A DNA stretch of 63,496 nt, counting the filler, from Collodictyon triciliatum (lineage: Eukaryota): assembly GCA_043381765.1 (NCBI GenBank). It is 11 parts of 11 records of this genome, joined end to end, with 100 filler letters (N's around TTAATTAATTAA, not from the genome) between each part and the next. Parts side by side here need not be neighbours in the genome. Positions count along the whole stretch, not along the records: positions 1 to 5,825 come from JBHJMP010004923.1; positions 5,926 to 11,732 come from JBHJMP010004924.1; positions 11,833 to 17,639 come from JBHJMP010004925.1; positions 17,740 to 23,544 come from JBHJMP010004926.1; 7 more parts are not named here. One strand, 5' to 3'. Both the position numbers and the translations under genes were made by a program. Shown here in pieces: positions 1 to 17,940 of this stretch. The notes below the pieces were generated by a model. It worked only from the letters and a program-made list of their open reading frames with translations, searched no databases and had not been told where the DNA came from. Position 1 is the first letter of the stretch; each line of letters opens with the position of its first letter.

Positions 1-5549
<5,549 letters not shown>

Positions 5550-5729
5550 GAGATCGACTTACTTAATGGGTGGTATCGTTTCTTTACTTAAGATGATAAG
5601 TACTCGTCATTCATAATGCAAAGTCTCTCTTCCTTCTCTTTTCCTTTTGCTTTGATATCGGTCGTTGATTGTATTCCGTTTTATAATAGCAATTGTTTGT
5701 TTTTTCTTGTTTTTTTTGGTTCTTTTAAG

Positions 5730-5825
5730 TTTGTTTGTTTGTTTGTTTGTTTGTTTGTTTGTTTGTTTGTTTGTTTGTTTGTTTGTTTGTTTGTTTGTTT
5801 GTTTGTTTGTTTGTTTGTTTGTTTG
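5730..5825. repeat. (TTTG)n microsatellite at contig end, upstream of WDTC1
   Basis: Perfect tetranucleotide run abutting the linker. Confidence 0.9.
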
Positions 5826-5925
5826 NNNNNNNNNNNNNNNNNNNNNNNNNNNNNNNNNNNNNNNNNNNNTTAATTAATTAANNNNNNNNNNNNNNNNNNN
5901 NNNNNNNNNNNNNNNNNNNNNNNNN
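5826..5925. other. Artificial contig linker N44-TTAATTAATTAA-N44; identical copies at 11733-11832, 17640-17739, 23545-23644, 29452-29551, 35358-35457, 41261-41360, 47163-47262, 53065-53164, 58966-59065
   Basis: Exactly 100 nt each; the palindromic 12-mer puts a TAA stop in all six frames; genes are cut mid-exon at 11732 and 29451. Confidence 0.97.
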
Positions 5926-7174
5926 CAAGAGCAAACAGCACAAGTCGAATCCAAGCTTGGAACTTCACACACCAAAGACAGTCCGAGCAAGCAGGAGCGT
6001 ATGTTTCTAAAACCACAAACGCGTATCCATACTCCGGTTAAGCATAGTCCACTGCCGGCTACGCATGGTTCCGAAACCAGGGGACGGTCAAGCGCCACTT
6101 CCGATAATACCAGACAAGCAGCGATGCATCGCTTTTTGTCAGAGTCGCCCAGCAAGAAACGCAAGGAAAGTGACCCTTGTCCCCTCAAAAGACTCATCCT
6201 GTGGAATGAAATAGGATGTAAATCTTGTCTGAGATAGACGGTTGAAAGGACCCGTCGGAATCGATTTGAGAAGTAACTGCCATGTGCGCACTTTCATCGA
6301 CCCGACAACTCTATCCGCTCTTCTGTCAGTCTCGGATACAACCAGAAATCGCGTTGGAGCTGATTCACCTCGGGTAGAATAGTCTGCGCGTGAGAACACT
6401 TTCTCTCCTTTCTATTTTCTTTTCTTTTTTTTCTCTTTTTCTTTCCTTCTCTTTCCAAAACACAAAAACTCCAACCACACAATCCGGGTGTTTGCACTGT
6501 CTCATCCACAACTCATTTTCGTCCTAGAGGCGAAGGCAGTTTCCTCGGCTATGTTTTCTCTCAATTAACTGTTGAAAAGAAACCAAAAAATGTAAACATT
6601 AGAAAAAATAAGGTGTGGCGACAATAAAATTTGGAGTCTCTTTTTAAATTCATTCGGAGAACAGAGGCCGCCACCCGCTCATAAGCCGCAAAGCATCTGC
6701 ACCAAACACAACCACCCAAGTCACTCGCAACACACGCGCAACACAACACAACACAACACAACACAACACAACACAACACACACACACAACCCGGCCCACG
6801 AGTGGCAGAGACCGATCAACATGCCGCATGATTGATTCATAGCAAAGAGATATTGGCAACCGCTCACGAATCTGCGAACTTAATCAGCCATGCTTTGCCG
6901 TTTTCTTGTCATCGTGCTGTATCTTTTATTTGGAGACGCTTTTCTTTCTTTTTCTTTCCTTCTTTCCTTCTTTCCTTCTTTCCTTCTTTCCTTCTTTCCT
7001 TCTTTCCTTCTTTCCTTCTCTCCTCACCTCGGAAAGAAAAAAGAGAGAGAGAAAGAAAAAGAAGAAGCATGTGCCTCAGCTCTCATTCTCAAACGAGTTG
7101 CTACCCTGCTCCTTCGGCAGATTCTAATCCAACACTCATACTTTGTCGATTCTCGTGTGCAAGATCTGCAGGGT

Positions 7175-10100
7175 ATGGATCTTTCGAGTCTCGGTTTGCC
7201 GAATGCCACGAAGGCGCTGGAAGCTGATGGAATTCCGTTTAGTGATATGATTCTCGCCCTTTGTGACGAGGAGTATTGCCAGAGAGTCACGTCCAAATGC
7301 ACACCCATCGAAAAAACTCGGTGCCTGAAGTGGGCCAGCCGAGCTACTTATTGGATGACTGAGGTCGGGATAGAAAACCCAACCTACATCATCCTGCACG
7401 GCTTTAGGAGAATAGAGCAGCTGCTCCCCTTGCAAAAGAACCTGGCACTCCTCCAGATTTCCCCAAGAGATATGCACATTCTTGAGGCTCGTATTGGGAG
7501 ACAGCTTCTATCCCGCTCTGATGCACGCATTTTCCCTCTGCATGAAGAGCCCCTATCTGTCTATGACAGTTGCTTAGAGAAATGTTTAGAATCATTCAAG
7601 GGAAGCCAGTTTCAAAATCTCCTCAGCAAACTCAGGGACGACTTTGGATGCCACACCATCCGTGACGTTGGCTACCTGGCAGCAGAACAATTGGTGGAGT
7701 TGACCCGGTTCATTCCGACGCATCAGAAGAGAGCGTTTGAGCAGTTTCAAGATAGAATGCGCAGTTGGAGGTTGCGGCTTGGAGATGAAGAAGATGCCGC
7801 CTATTTGGCTGCTCAGGGATTCAATACTTTTATGCCTGCCACTCACCCTAAAGTCTTGTCCCTAGGTCTAGGTCTGGCGACAGTGTGCTCCATCTGCGTC
7901 GGTGGTATACCCCTAATTATTATTTCTTTTCTTTCAGTAAAATTCATGGGCCTGTTTGAAAGCCCGATGTAAGAAAGTTGAAAAGTCCGATTTTTTTTTT
8001 TTTTACAATATTGATAAACAGATCAACTATATTCATAAAAAAAAAATTGTTTCTGTACTTTTTATCAAGTGTATCGCAATGTATGAACAAAACAAAAGAA
8101 AAAGAAGAAACCATCAAATTCTTCGAAAACTGACCTGGTGAAAATCTGATCTTTTCAAACAGGAGAAATCATTTTGGGGCAGAAAAACTTCATCTCCGAA
8201 TGGAAAATGATAGCTGAACTAATGAAGCTGAGCAGGTGGGGTGTTCGCCATGGCATGGTGAAGTTCGATGAAGAAATGGAAAAAATTGTGGCTGGCTTCG
8301 AAAGCACACAGCCGATAGATATTGGTGCTGTCTCAAATATCCCTGACCCCACAAAATATCTTTCCGTGTTTTCTATTCCGGAGAGCAATAGACTCTTCGC
8401 CTTGTTCTACCAGGAATTCATGAAGCACACAAAATTAGACTATTCAAAACTATTTGACTCCGTATCATCATTTGCAAATGAATGCACCCATAATTGGCTT
8501 GAACCTCTGTTACTAAAATTATCTACGTTCTTGATGCGCATTTCCGAATTAGATATCGACGTCATTCTATATGATGAATGGCATCAAGACAGTATTGACG
8601 TTATGGCGAATTTCAAGAGCATTTTGGACTCTTGCCAGCATTGTCTGCCTGAAAGTATCGCTAATATTCCTGTAAATCTTAGGGAACTCTACAGCAATTT
8701 CAAGAGTCTATACGAGCGCTCACAGAAGATTATGGGGATTATAGACAAAATCAAGACTCACAAGCTAATGCAGCTACCTGCAGAAGCTGAAGAGGCCAGT
8801 AGTATAATCAGAATGTGGTTAGGACTTTACCAAAAAAAACCTGAAGAATCAAAGTATGATACGTTTCCACCACAATGTTCTCTGACACTTCGTCAAGTAG
8901 GAAGAGAATGGAAGATTTGGATGAAAGATGTGGTTGTTATTGAACCACAAACCATAGAGACAGAAAAGTTTAACTCTGTATCTGGGGTTATAGAGTTCTT
9001 TGGAAGGTTGCACTCCGAGAACCAGGGAAGTATTGTTGACTTGATTAATTTTTGTCGCTTCAGATTGGATGATTCAGATAATGAAAAGAAGGATTTGATC
9101 GAAAAGGCCAGAGAAGTATGGTCTATTGTTCGTTTGATAACTGAATACAATGGGTCCTCGGATAAGACCCTTCCCCGAATGTTCCGGGCGTGGTCATCGT
9201 TGGTTGAGATGTCCCAAAATCCAAACCTAAACCTAAGTAGTGAGGAACTAAAGGTTCTGGGTGAACTTTTGAGAGGAGTGATTAATGCAGAAGCAAAGAA
9301 AGCCATGTATAACATGAAACAAATAAAATCGGTAACAATTCCTGATTATTTCTACATAATCGTCATACTTCATGCAACTCATTTTATTTAAATTTTCCTT
9401 AGTTTCAATCACGTTTTATTTGCTCTATATTTTATTCATTTAACATAATTTTAAAAAAATTAGACATGCAACTTTTGCATCGATATGCAATATGATGCCG
9501 AAAAGGGTGCACCTCTTCGAGTCAAACGCAAAGAATCCTCATCCGAAAAAGAGAGCCTGCCCATATCTGGTATTCGTCAGCTTCGTGAGCTTTACGAAAA
9601 AGTGAACCTTATCATTAGCGCTGGAACAAACCTTAGTAAGTCGGAGGATTATGGAGACCAAGAAGCAGAGAACTTTATCAGAGTGCTAGGTGCATTATTT
9701 GAATACACAGATATTTTGGTAGATTTGAAGAAAGATGGCCATCCTCATTACCAGGTTTCACTTTACTTTATGATATTCTCTAGATACATAGATATTACCC
9801 TTATATGCAAAATCAGTTTTATGTGTTTGATATAGCAGATATTAGACGAAATAAGTTCATATATAGAGTGATTAAACCTCGTATGAATAGGCCCACAGCG
9901 AAGTGATGGAAGGGAATATGATTCCGGACTATATCGAAAACAAGATTAAAGATCTCAAGGAAGTGAAGAAAGAATGGGGGTTGCATATGACAGATATTCG
10001 AGAAACGTATAATATTATCAACTTTTTCACCAATCAGCAGATTCTGAAACTGTATGATATTAAGTTTCCAGTTTCCATCCCTGAAGATAACAGTGTTTTT

Positions 10101-11732
10101 ATCAATCTTTTGAAAATCATATCACCAAATAAGGGTGAGGAAGCTGTAATTGTTTTAGCTAGAAAATGCAAAATTGACATAATGCCAGAAACATTTCAAG
10201 AATTTCACCACGCCATTGGGTCACAGTTGGACAAAGTGTTTTTGGGTATAGACATACCGACAACTTCGTGGAAGCCTCAGATGAAGCAACTTTCCGAGCG
10301 TGAACCAAATGTCTTTATGATTGAAAATCATGAGGATATTTGGGCGATGACATTCTCAATTTATGACGAGTTCCAGGACCGACTTCCGGTTTTTGAAGAA
10401 ATCCTGGAATGTTCACTACAAACTACAAAGGGAAACATCGACACCTTCTTTCATAGACTGAATCATAGCCAAAAGCGGGCGAATTCAACTCGAGAGGCAA
10501 AGTTATATTCTATTCTGGAGCCAGCAGGGTTGCCTCAGCACTTGAAGCTTTATTTCGAAGATGTTCTCATACAAAGTACAAAAACTGCCCATTTCTCGTA
10601 TAACCTTCTAATCATAGCAACTTCAGGTCTGAGCGACCCCATTACCGACCTGATTAAGAAATGGGACAAGAAGATTGCCATAAATGTGAGGAGCCGAGAA
10701 AAAGTTGCGGGTTACATTCAAAAAGCCATGTCTTTAAGCAACATCAAACTAGAGATTGTGACTTCCAAGCAACCGTCTATTGGAAAATCGTATTGGATTC
10801 GACGCCAAATGAAATCGGCCAATGTGGACGCTACTCCTGTGCTTGTTAACAATTCAACCACAAATGACACTTTCCACGAGAATCTGAAGAATGTTGCTTC
10901 AGAGAAAAAGATTATATGGCTGAACTTGGGGGTTACATGCTCCAAACAAACATCGGTTTACTTGTTCAAGTGGCTGATACTAAGAATTAATATACACTCT
11001 AACGGAGCAGCGATTCACCTTGAAGACAACACAGTAATACTAAATTCATAATAATTTTTTCCTATTTCCTTTTTCTACATAACTGTGAAGGATAGATATT
11101 ATGAAAATAAATGTTGTACTCACCCTTATGTGATAACTGTTAGACTGTCTACATCGAAATTCCTGTAATGAGAGCAAACAAGGCACACTCATGCTATGAT
11201 TTGCTTCAATTCATCGGAGAAGCTAACTGGGACGCTTCGCTGGATGTCTCGCTCGATAACTTAGACTTATGTGTGACTTACAAAACTCAAGAAAATGGAA
11301 GGGGACTTTATGGAGCTGACCATGCAAGACTTGTTGACGTCGAACCCACACAGAACATGATACAATACGTATGCAAAACTCTGAATGGTAGTATGCCAAG
11401 AAATCAAGACTCCGCCATAGAGAGAGAGTTTGAAGAGTCTGTTTTCCGTCCCCACAAAAAGACAGAGCTTACGACTCAACAGTAAGAATTTCTTTTACTC
11501 ATCACAGTTTCCAAATATTTTTTATAATAGTTTGTTTCAAAATGTACTGCGAATCTGGTTTTAAATAGATTAATAACTTGTTACTTGCTATTTTTATTTC
11601 CAAATAGGTGTGAGGAGACTCTCTCCTTTTACTGCCGCTCTGACAGAATGATGTGGATTAGTTTTGTGAAATTCTGCTTCACTCAGTTTCGCATATTCGA
11701 AGAAAGTGAAATTCTACATCCAGCAAAACTGA
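7175..11732 (+). CDS. RNF213: RNF213/mysterin-like giant AAA+ ATPase, 5' part (about 1265 codons), with SAM-like N-terminal repeats; truncated by linker
   Basis: Phase-consistent GT-AG exons 7175-7904, 8163-9331, 9464-9754, 9891-11033, 11144-11481, 11608-11732. Motifs in RNF213 order: GHPHYQ, YNIINFFTNQQILKL, RLPVFEEILECSLQTTKGNIDTFFHR, Walker-A-like IVTSKQPSIGKSYWIRR (10761-10790), VYLFKWLIL, TVYIEIP, CEETLSFYC...WISFVKFCFTQF. Start ATG 7175 is inferred. RING/RZ E3 part not in window, so strict orthology is unproven. Confidence 0.78.
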
Positions 11733-11832
11733 NNNNNNNNNNNNNNNNNNNNNNNNNNNNNNNNNNNNNNNNNNNNTTAATTAATTAANNNNNNNNNNNN
11801 NNNNNNNNNNNNNNNNNNNNNNNNNNNNNNNN

Positions 11833-11902
<70 letters not shown>
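11833..11902. repeat. (TC)n microsatellite at contig start
   Basis: Perfect dinucleotide run. Confidence 0.95.
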
Positions 11903-11904
<2 letters not shown>

Positions 11905-12258
11905 ATCACAAAGTTTCGTCCAGTTTAATCACGAGAGAGCCACACTACAAGATCCACAACAGAATGAGAGAGGGAAAGAGAGATCGTAAAGCCACTCACG
12001 ATCCAACGAAGGCATCGTTGTTGTGAAGTGAAGGTGGTGGAGGTTTCCGTTTCCTTTCTGTCCAGCTCTTTCTTGCTCTTTTTTTTTTCTTTTTCATAGC
12101 AGTCTATCTGTTTGTTCGCATATACTGAGCCTCTTTATCTTCCCTTTTTTTTTTCTTTTCTTTTTCTCCATGATTAGAATTGTCGTGGTTCTGTTTTAGC
12201 TTCCTTTATTGCTGTTGTCATTACTATTTTAGTTGCCATCAGAAGCTGAAGCCAGAAA

Positions 12259-15200
12259 TCAGTCCACTTTGATATTTTGGTAGATGCGTTGCACAAAGTA
12301 CCAAGCACCAACAAACCCGATAGTGCCTGCACGGAGGAAAGAAAAAATGAGTGGATGAATGAAAATGGAATAAAAGCGAGTAAAAGTAAAGCTAATAAAA
12401 TAAGAATTTAAAAGAAAAAGGAAAAGGAAAAACAAAGAGTAAAATAGAATGAAAGAGAATGAAATATAAAAGATTTATTCACAAGTGCGCAGGTGTTTGA
12501 AGATTGCTCCAAAGTGAAAAATAAAGAATAAAAATATAAAAATAATAATTAAAAAATAAAAAGTAAAACCAAAAATAAAACCGATTAATCACTTCAAATA
12601 ATTAATCTGGGAGATATTCGAAAAGCCCACCACAAAGGATTGCCAACGCTATGCAAAAAAGGAGGGCGTGGCCAAAGTACAAACAGGTTTGTAGAAATCC
12701 GGTCATTTGTGTATGCCGAACGAAATAAACGATGGCATAGATAAAAGCATAGAAGGCCGTGGAGGCAGAGGATAAGAAACTAATCCAAGGCCATCGATAG
12801 TCCTCCGAGTTCAAGAGAAAGAAAACTGTGACCACAGACATGCATATCGTCACAATGAGAAGCACACTGTAGATCAGGAGCATGAATCCATAGACATAGT
12901 AGAACTTGTAATTCCAGAACGACGTGAAGATGAAAAACATCTCTATATAGATAGATCCAAACGGAAGAACACCACCAAAGAGAATCATAAAAACTGGCTG
13001 CATATACCTGGTAATATGTCACTATAAATTGACAATTGCAAGTAGTGCGAGAAAGTGCAAAGGTGATTTTATTGTAACATTATTTCAGTTAATGGAAATA
13101 GCAATAAAAAATATGCAAATATTGATGACGAGAATAAAAAATAAATCAGACACAAACACAAACACAAACACAAACACAAACACAAACACAAACACAAACA
13201 CAATAGGCGATTCAAAAACTCGAACAAAGACAACCACACAAATCATGATACCATTTCTTGTCTGGTATCGGCCGGGGTATATTTGTGATTTTGTGTTGCT
13301 GCTGCTGTTGTTGTTGTTGCTTCTCACTTATCTTTCGACCAATCAGCACACCTCCCACTGTTAAAGGAAAAGATACCGCAATCCAAATAAAAATCACGAC
13401 AATCTGATAATGATAGTGTTACAAGAATTAATATTTTCAATTTCTCGTAACAATCATAAGTTAATTTCCATTCCATAATAAAATCTAACCGATGAAGATA
13501 TCAGTGGTCGAAATAGTGGGAACACATATGATTATGATTGAAAGTATCCATGCAAATTAAACTCACAGCAGTTCCAAGTGGAATCGCTGCCAGCGATTTG
13601 TACGAATATGATACAAGATTCAACAAAAGTCCAGTAACAAAACATATACCGGGGAAGAGACATATAGTATATATTAGGCTGCGTGTCCAATTAACTCCTA
13701 TATGGATGGTTTATAATTCAGATTTCGTGCGTAAGTTACAAACATTTTTATTTTCTTGAAGAAATAAAATGCAAATAATACATGAATGCTTATTCCCGGT
13801 TAAACTGGAAAAAATAGATAAATAAAACCTCTATATTTCATATAAAGCGACCCGCTAACAAATCCGCCTATAAATGACGTGAGGGCATATGAAATAATAA
13901 AGGAAGTAGTGATAGAACCCAGCCTAAACGATCATATATTATTACTTAGATAAGTTTAGCAGAAAAAATGGAAGTGAATCCCGATTTACCGATGAAAGGG
14001 TAAATCTTGCCTTCTTTCTTTACAAGATAGCTCAATTTAAAGCTCGTCGATTTGACGGAAAAATCTTACTTTCTATACAAGGTGCCAAATATTGAAATGA
14101 TAATCATAAGAAAAACTAGAACGGTCATCTATAATTTAGAATATGTTGATTAATGAAACAATCTTTCATGGTGAGATCTATTCTGATGTAAAGTCACAAA
14201 TCCTTCTTGCATAGGTATGTTTTGTGAGTTGATTCCACACCTTTCTGCTTTTTGTTTTACATGCCCCTTTTACCTCTTTTGTTTCTTTATGGGAAAAACA
14301 ATGATACCATGCAAGAAATGAATTCAGAAATACCTGAGAGCCTGTGCCAATCAGAGCACAAAAGAACGAAAGATTTTCTGGTGGACGAAACACATCTGCA
14401 TGAATTTGCTTCCAACCGCTGTCATCAACCAGATCGAAGTCCTTTACGAGAAAGAAAATGCTTCAGACTAGAAAAGATACAGAATGGCACATGGCATCTG
14501 GATGATAATCAATCATAATGCGAATAATACCAACAACACTAACACTTACACGAGTAGAATTAATAAAAAAAATTCATGGAATATATTTATATTTCGATTT
14601 ATTGTACATAAAAATTATTGTTGGTTCTGAGAAAAGGATATAATAAAACCATTTCTTCGTATGCCTCTATATCTCGGGATTCAAACCCGGACATGTCTTT
14701 CTTTAATGTTTGTATGAGAATTATAGTAACCAAACCAACTAAAAAGGTTACGATCATAAAGGAATTGAGTATGGAAAACCAATGGACCTATAAACCCAAA
14801 ACCGAAGCATACGAATATCAATAGGAAGGTTAATACATGAATTGCATTTTTAAAAGATTAGAATATGCTTGAGAAGTCAAGGGATATGACTACTAAAGAA
14901 AAGCATGTTTTTTTTTCTGGTTTGATGACTTTCAATTTTTTTTCCCATTTGAAATAATTGGAATAGTAATGGCATGCGTAAGTGATAAGTACCTGATGTT
15001 CAAAAAAGTCGTCGTCAAGATAAATGTCAAATCTATCGGCGAATTTTGTATTCACTTTATTCCACGTAACCGAATAGCTGAAATTTATGGTTGCATGTTC
15101 CTTGATCAGAACTGGATCCTCTTGTGAGACATTAACTTGAATTATCTATTTCAGTATTTTGTTGGGTGTTTTGTTAGAATGAGAAAGTAATTTGAAAGCA

Positions 15201-16760
15201 AGGTGATGTGACTTTGCTTCATATGATATATAAGGATAAACATTAACAAAATATCCTAATATGTGTAATTGGATTTTTTCATTTATTGTGTTCTTTGAGG
15301 CTGCAAAAGACCATGTAATAGGAAAGTTGAACTAAAAGTCATACCCGATCCTGGTTGTATCCAATTAATATGGCATTTCTCGCGTAGAGATAATACTCTG
15401 GCTTGTGAGTTTTGCTTTCATCAGCATCTATAACTTTGCCAACCAATCCCCACAAAGGCAAATCATCTAATTGGCATAATGGACGGGGGAAAAAAAAAAA
15501 CAAAGGAAGAGGGAAAAACGAAAAAAAAAATGAAAGGATGAGTATTTTATTCGTATAAATACAATTGATGACGAGTGGACAAATGTGTTGACTTATTATG
15601 AAAGCACTTTCTTATTTTTCATGAGCACCAACATGGGAATATTGATAAATTTAACAACACCCATGAACATTTGGACCCAGTAGTGGTTTTTTACAGCATA
15701 TAAGAAGGTCTCGGCATCGTTCTTCGAGAGCGTTTTTACACAAAATGGTGTTGTCTGCTTATTCTCTGTGCATAATTACCCCAAAATTAACACGGTTTCA
15801 TAGTAAATATGGGGTAATGTATGTTTCTTCATCAACACATTAAGATATAGTGTAAAGATAGCACAATCAAAACAAGGTAGACATCTTTTTGTCTAAAAAA
15901 TATATAGATATACTATGAATAAAAGAGAAAAAGAAGTATTCGTTCAGAGAAGATTTTAAAGGTTCTATGAGCGATTAAGCATGTATCAACTTGGAAATGA
16001 AAGAAAAAAGAAACGGGAAAAAAGTGAAAATGGACATGTAAATATAATTATGTTTTAAAAAAAAGCTACCTCTGAATTTTATCGTATAACCGCTATTGAT
16101 AAGTTTGTTTCCCTCTAGCGCTGCACCTAAACCTTCCTTGTGCTGTTCGGGTTTGTCATCATCTACTCTACAAAAAGGTAGGGAGTAATATGGATATATT
16201 TCCTGAGGGTTGAAGTATGGTCCAACTTTGTTAACCCAGAGCTTTACGGGTTCCCTCTCTTCGTACTGCACAAAAAGAATGGTTTAGGGTCTGAGAAATA
16301 TTGGTGAAAATAAATGCATAGCATCCAGATCATGAGGTCATCATGATTTGAATTACATGTGTTATTTTCAGTATAAGGTTCAGCAACAACAATTTCACTA
16401 GTATTACGATTGTATTTTCTGGTGTTTATTTTTCTTTCATGTTTGTTGTTAATATGAGATCATCTATTTAGTATAGAGCTGAAGACAAAATCTCGAACAA
16501 TTCTTGTGAGATATTAATACAGCAGTTACGCGAGATAAATGAATAAGCTTAAGTATATAGACAAATATAATCGGCAATAAAACATAGATAAAAAAAAAAG
16601 AGAGAGAGAGAGGATATGGTGAAATAGTAAGGAGCCCGAAAAAATTAAAGAAGCAAACCCGATGGCTGTGCTCATCCGAAAGGGCACTTGAACTAAATAT
16701 CAAGAATAGTCCGATTGTGCATACCAATACAAAACTGGCTGCACCCTCCGACTTAGTCAT
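12259..16760 (-). CDS. TM9SF3: Transmembrane 9 superfamily protein (nonaspanin/EMP70; TM9SF3/TMN1 type), complete multi-exon gene
   Basis: Signal peptide MTKSEGAASFVLVCTIGLFLIFSSSALSDEHSHR; LWVNKVGPYFNPQEIYPYYSLPFC; HWFSILNSFMIVTFLVGLV; SGWKQIHADVFRPP; GGVLPFGSIYIEMFFIFTSFWNYKFYYVYGF; EDYRWPW; C-terminal YQNIKVD* (KxD/E COPI motif), stop 12259-12261. Confidence 0.93.
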
Positions 16761-17049
16761 GCTATCTTCACAAGATTCAAAAGTAATCCCTCGTCTATTC
16801 CTTAAACATATAAAGACAATTAAGAATAAAGCGTGAATATAGATTGTAAGACGATTGCTATGCATCATTAATAGTCGTGGATATGATACCCTAGATTTAG
16901 ATACTCAAGAAAAGCACGCTTTTTTTCTTTCATTTTCACTTTTCATTTTCTCAAAATGCTTTACGAGGGTTTACTCTTCATTCAAAATGGCATGGTTTCT
17001 GCACCACTGAATCGCCTCGGCTTGTAATAAAAAAATGCTCTTCCAAACA

Positions 17050-17465
17050 CAAAAAGAAAAAGAAAAAGAAAGGGAAAGGAAAAGGAAAAGGAAAAGGAAA
17101 AATGAAAAATGAAAAATGAAAAATGAAAAAAATGAAAAAAAAATAAAAAAATGAAAAAATGAAAAAATGAAAAAAATGAAAAAATGAAAAAAATGAAAAA
17201 AATGAAAAAAATGAAAAAAATGAAAAAAATGAAAAAAATGAAAAAGATGAAAAAATGAGAAGGAAAGGGAAGGAAAAGAAAATGAGAAGGAAAGGAAGGG
17301 AAAGGAAAAGAAAATGAGAAGGAAAAAGAAAGTAAAAAAAATGAAAAAAATGAAAAAAATGAAAAAAATGAAAAAATAAAAAATAAAAAATGAAAAATGA
17401 GAAGGAAAGGGAAGGAAAAGAAAATATGAAGGAAAAAGAAAGTAAGAAAATAGAACTTGAAAAGA
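17050..17465. repeat. Composite purine-rich low-complexity tract, including (TGAAAAAAA)n, upstream of TM9SF3
   Basis: Almost only A/G with periodic TG; source of the Phe-rich pseudo-ORFs. Confidence 0.9.
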
Positions 17466-17794
17466 AAAGAGGACATCACCAATCAGCGCCACGATCGCAA
17501 ACACCAACACCGCCGCTGCCCAATTCCAACCACAATTATCTTGCCTGATCCTTCATTTTCCACAATTGAACAAATATTCCACAATAGAATTATTCCATAC
17601 ATAGCATGATAAACTTGGTTCCGGGTGATCGCCAGCCTTNNNNNNNNNNNNNNNNNNNNNNNNNNNNNNNNNNNNNNNNNNNNTTAATTAATTAANNNNN
17701 NNNNNNNNNNNNNNNNNNNNNNNNNNNNNNNNNNNNNNNAAAAAAGAAAATATTTTTTAAAATTTTTTTTATTTTTTTTTTTTTTTATTTTTTT

Positions 17795-17833
<39 letters not shown>

Positions 17834-17940
17834 TCGATGGATTTCCTGGCGATAATGATGCGATTGCGACTGATTAGACGGACAAGAAAACACAATATCT
17901 TCCACAACGGAGATGTTTTATCCAATTGAGTCTGGGGTGG

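Noticed and set aside
5870-5881. TTAATTAATTAA recurring every 5.9 kb as a biological element (piggyBac TTAA site, chromosome breakage signal, CRISPR-like repeat)
   Set aside because: Always centred in exactly 44+44 N; a standard six-frame stop spacer.
6890-7174. Hydrophobic N-terminal extension of the RNF213-like ORF as a signal or transmembrane anchor
   Set aside because: Encoded by CTTT-rich and A/G-rich repeats; ATG 7175 is the more plausible start.
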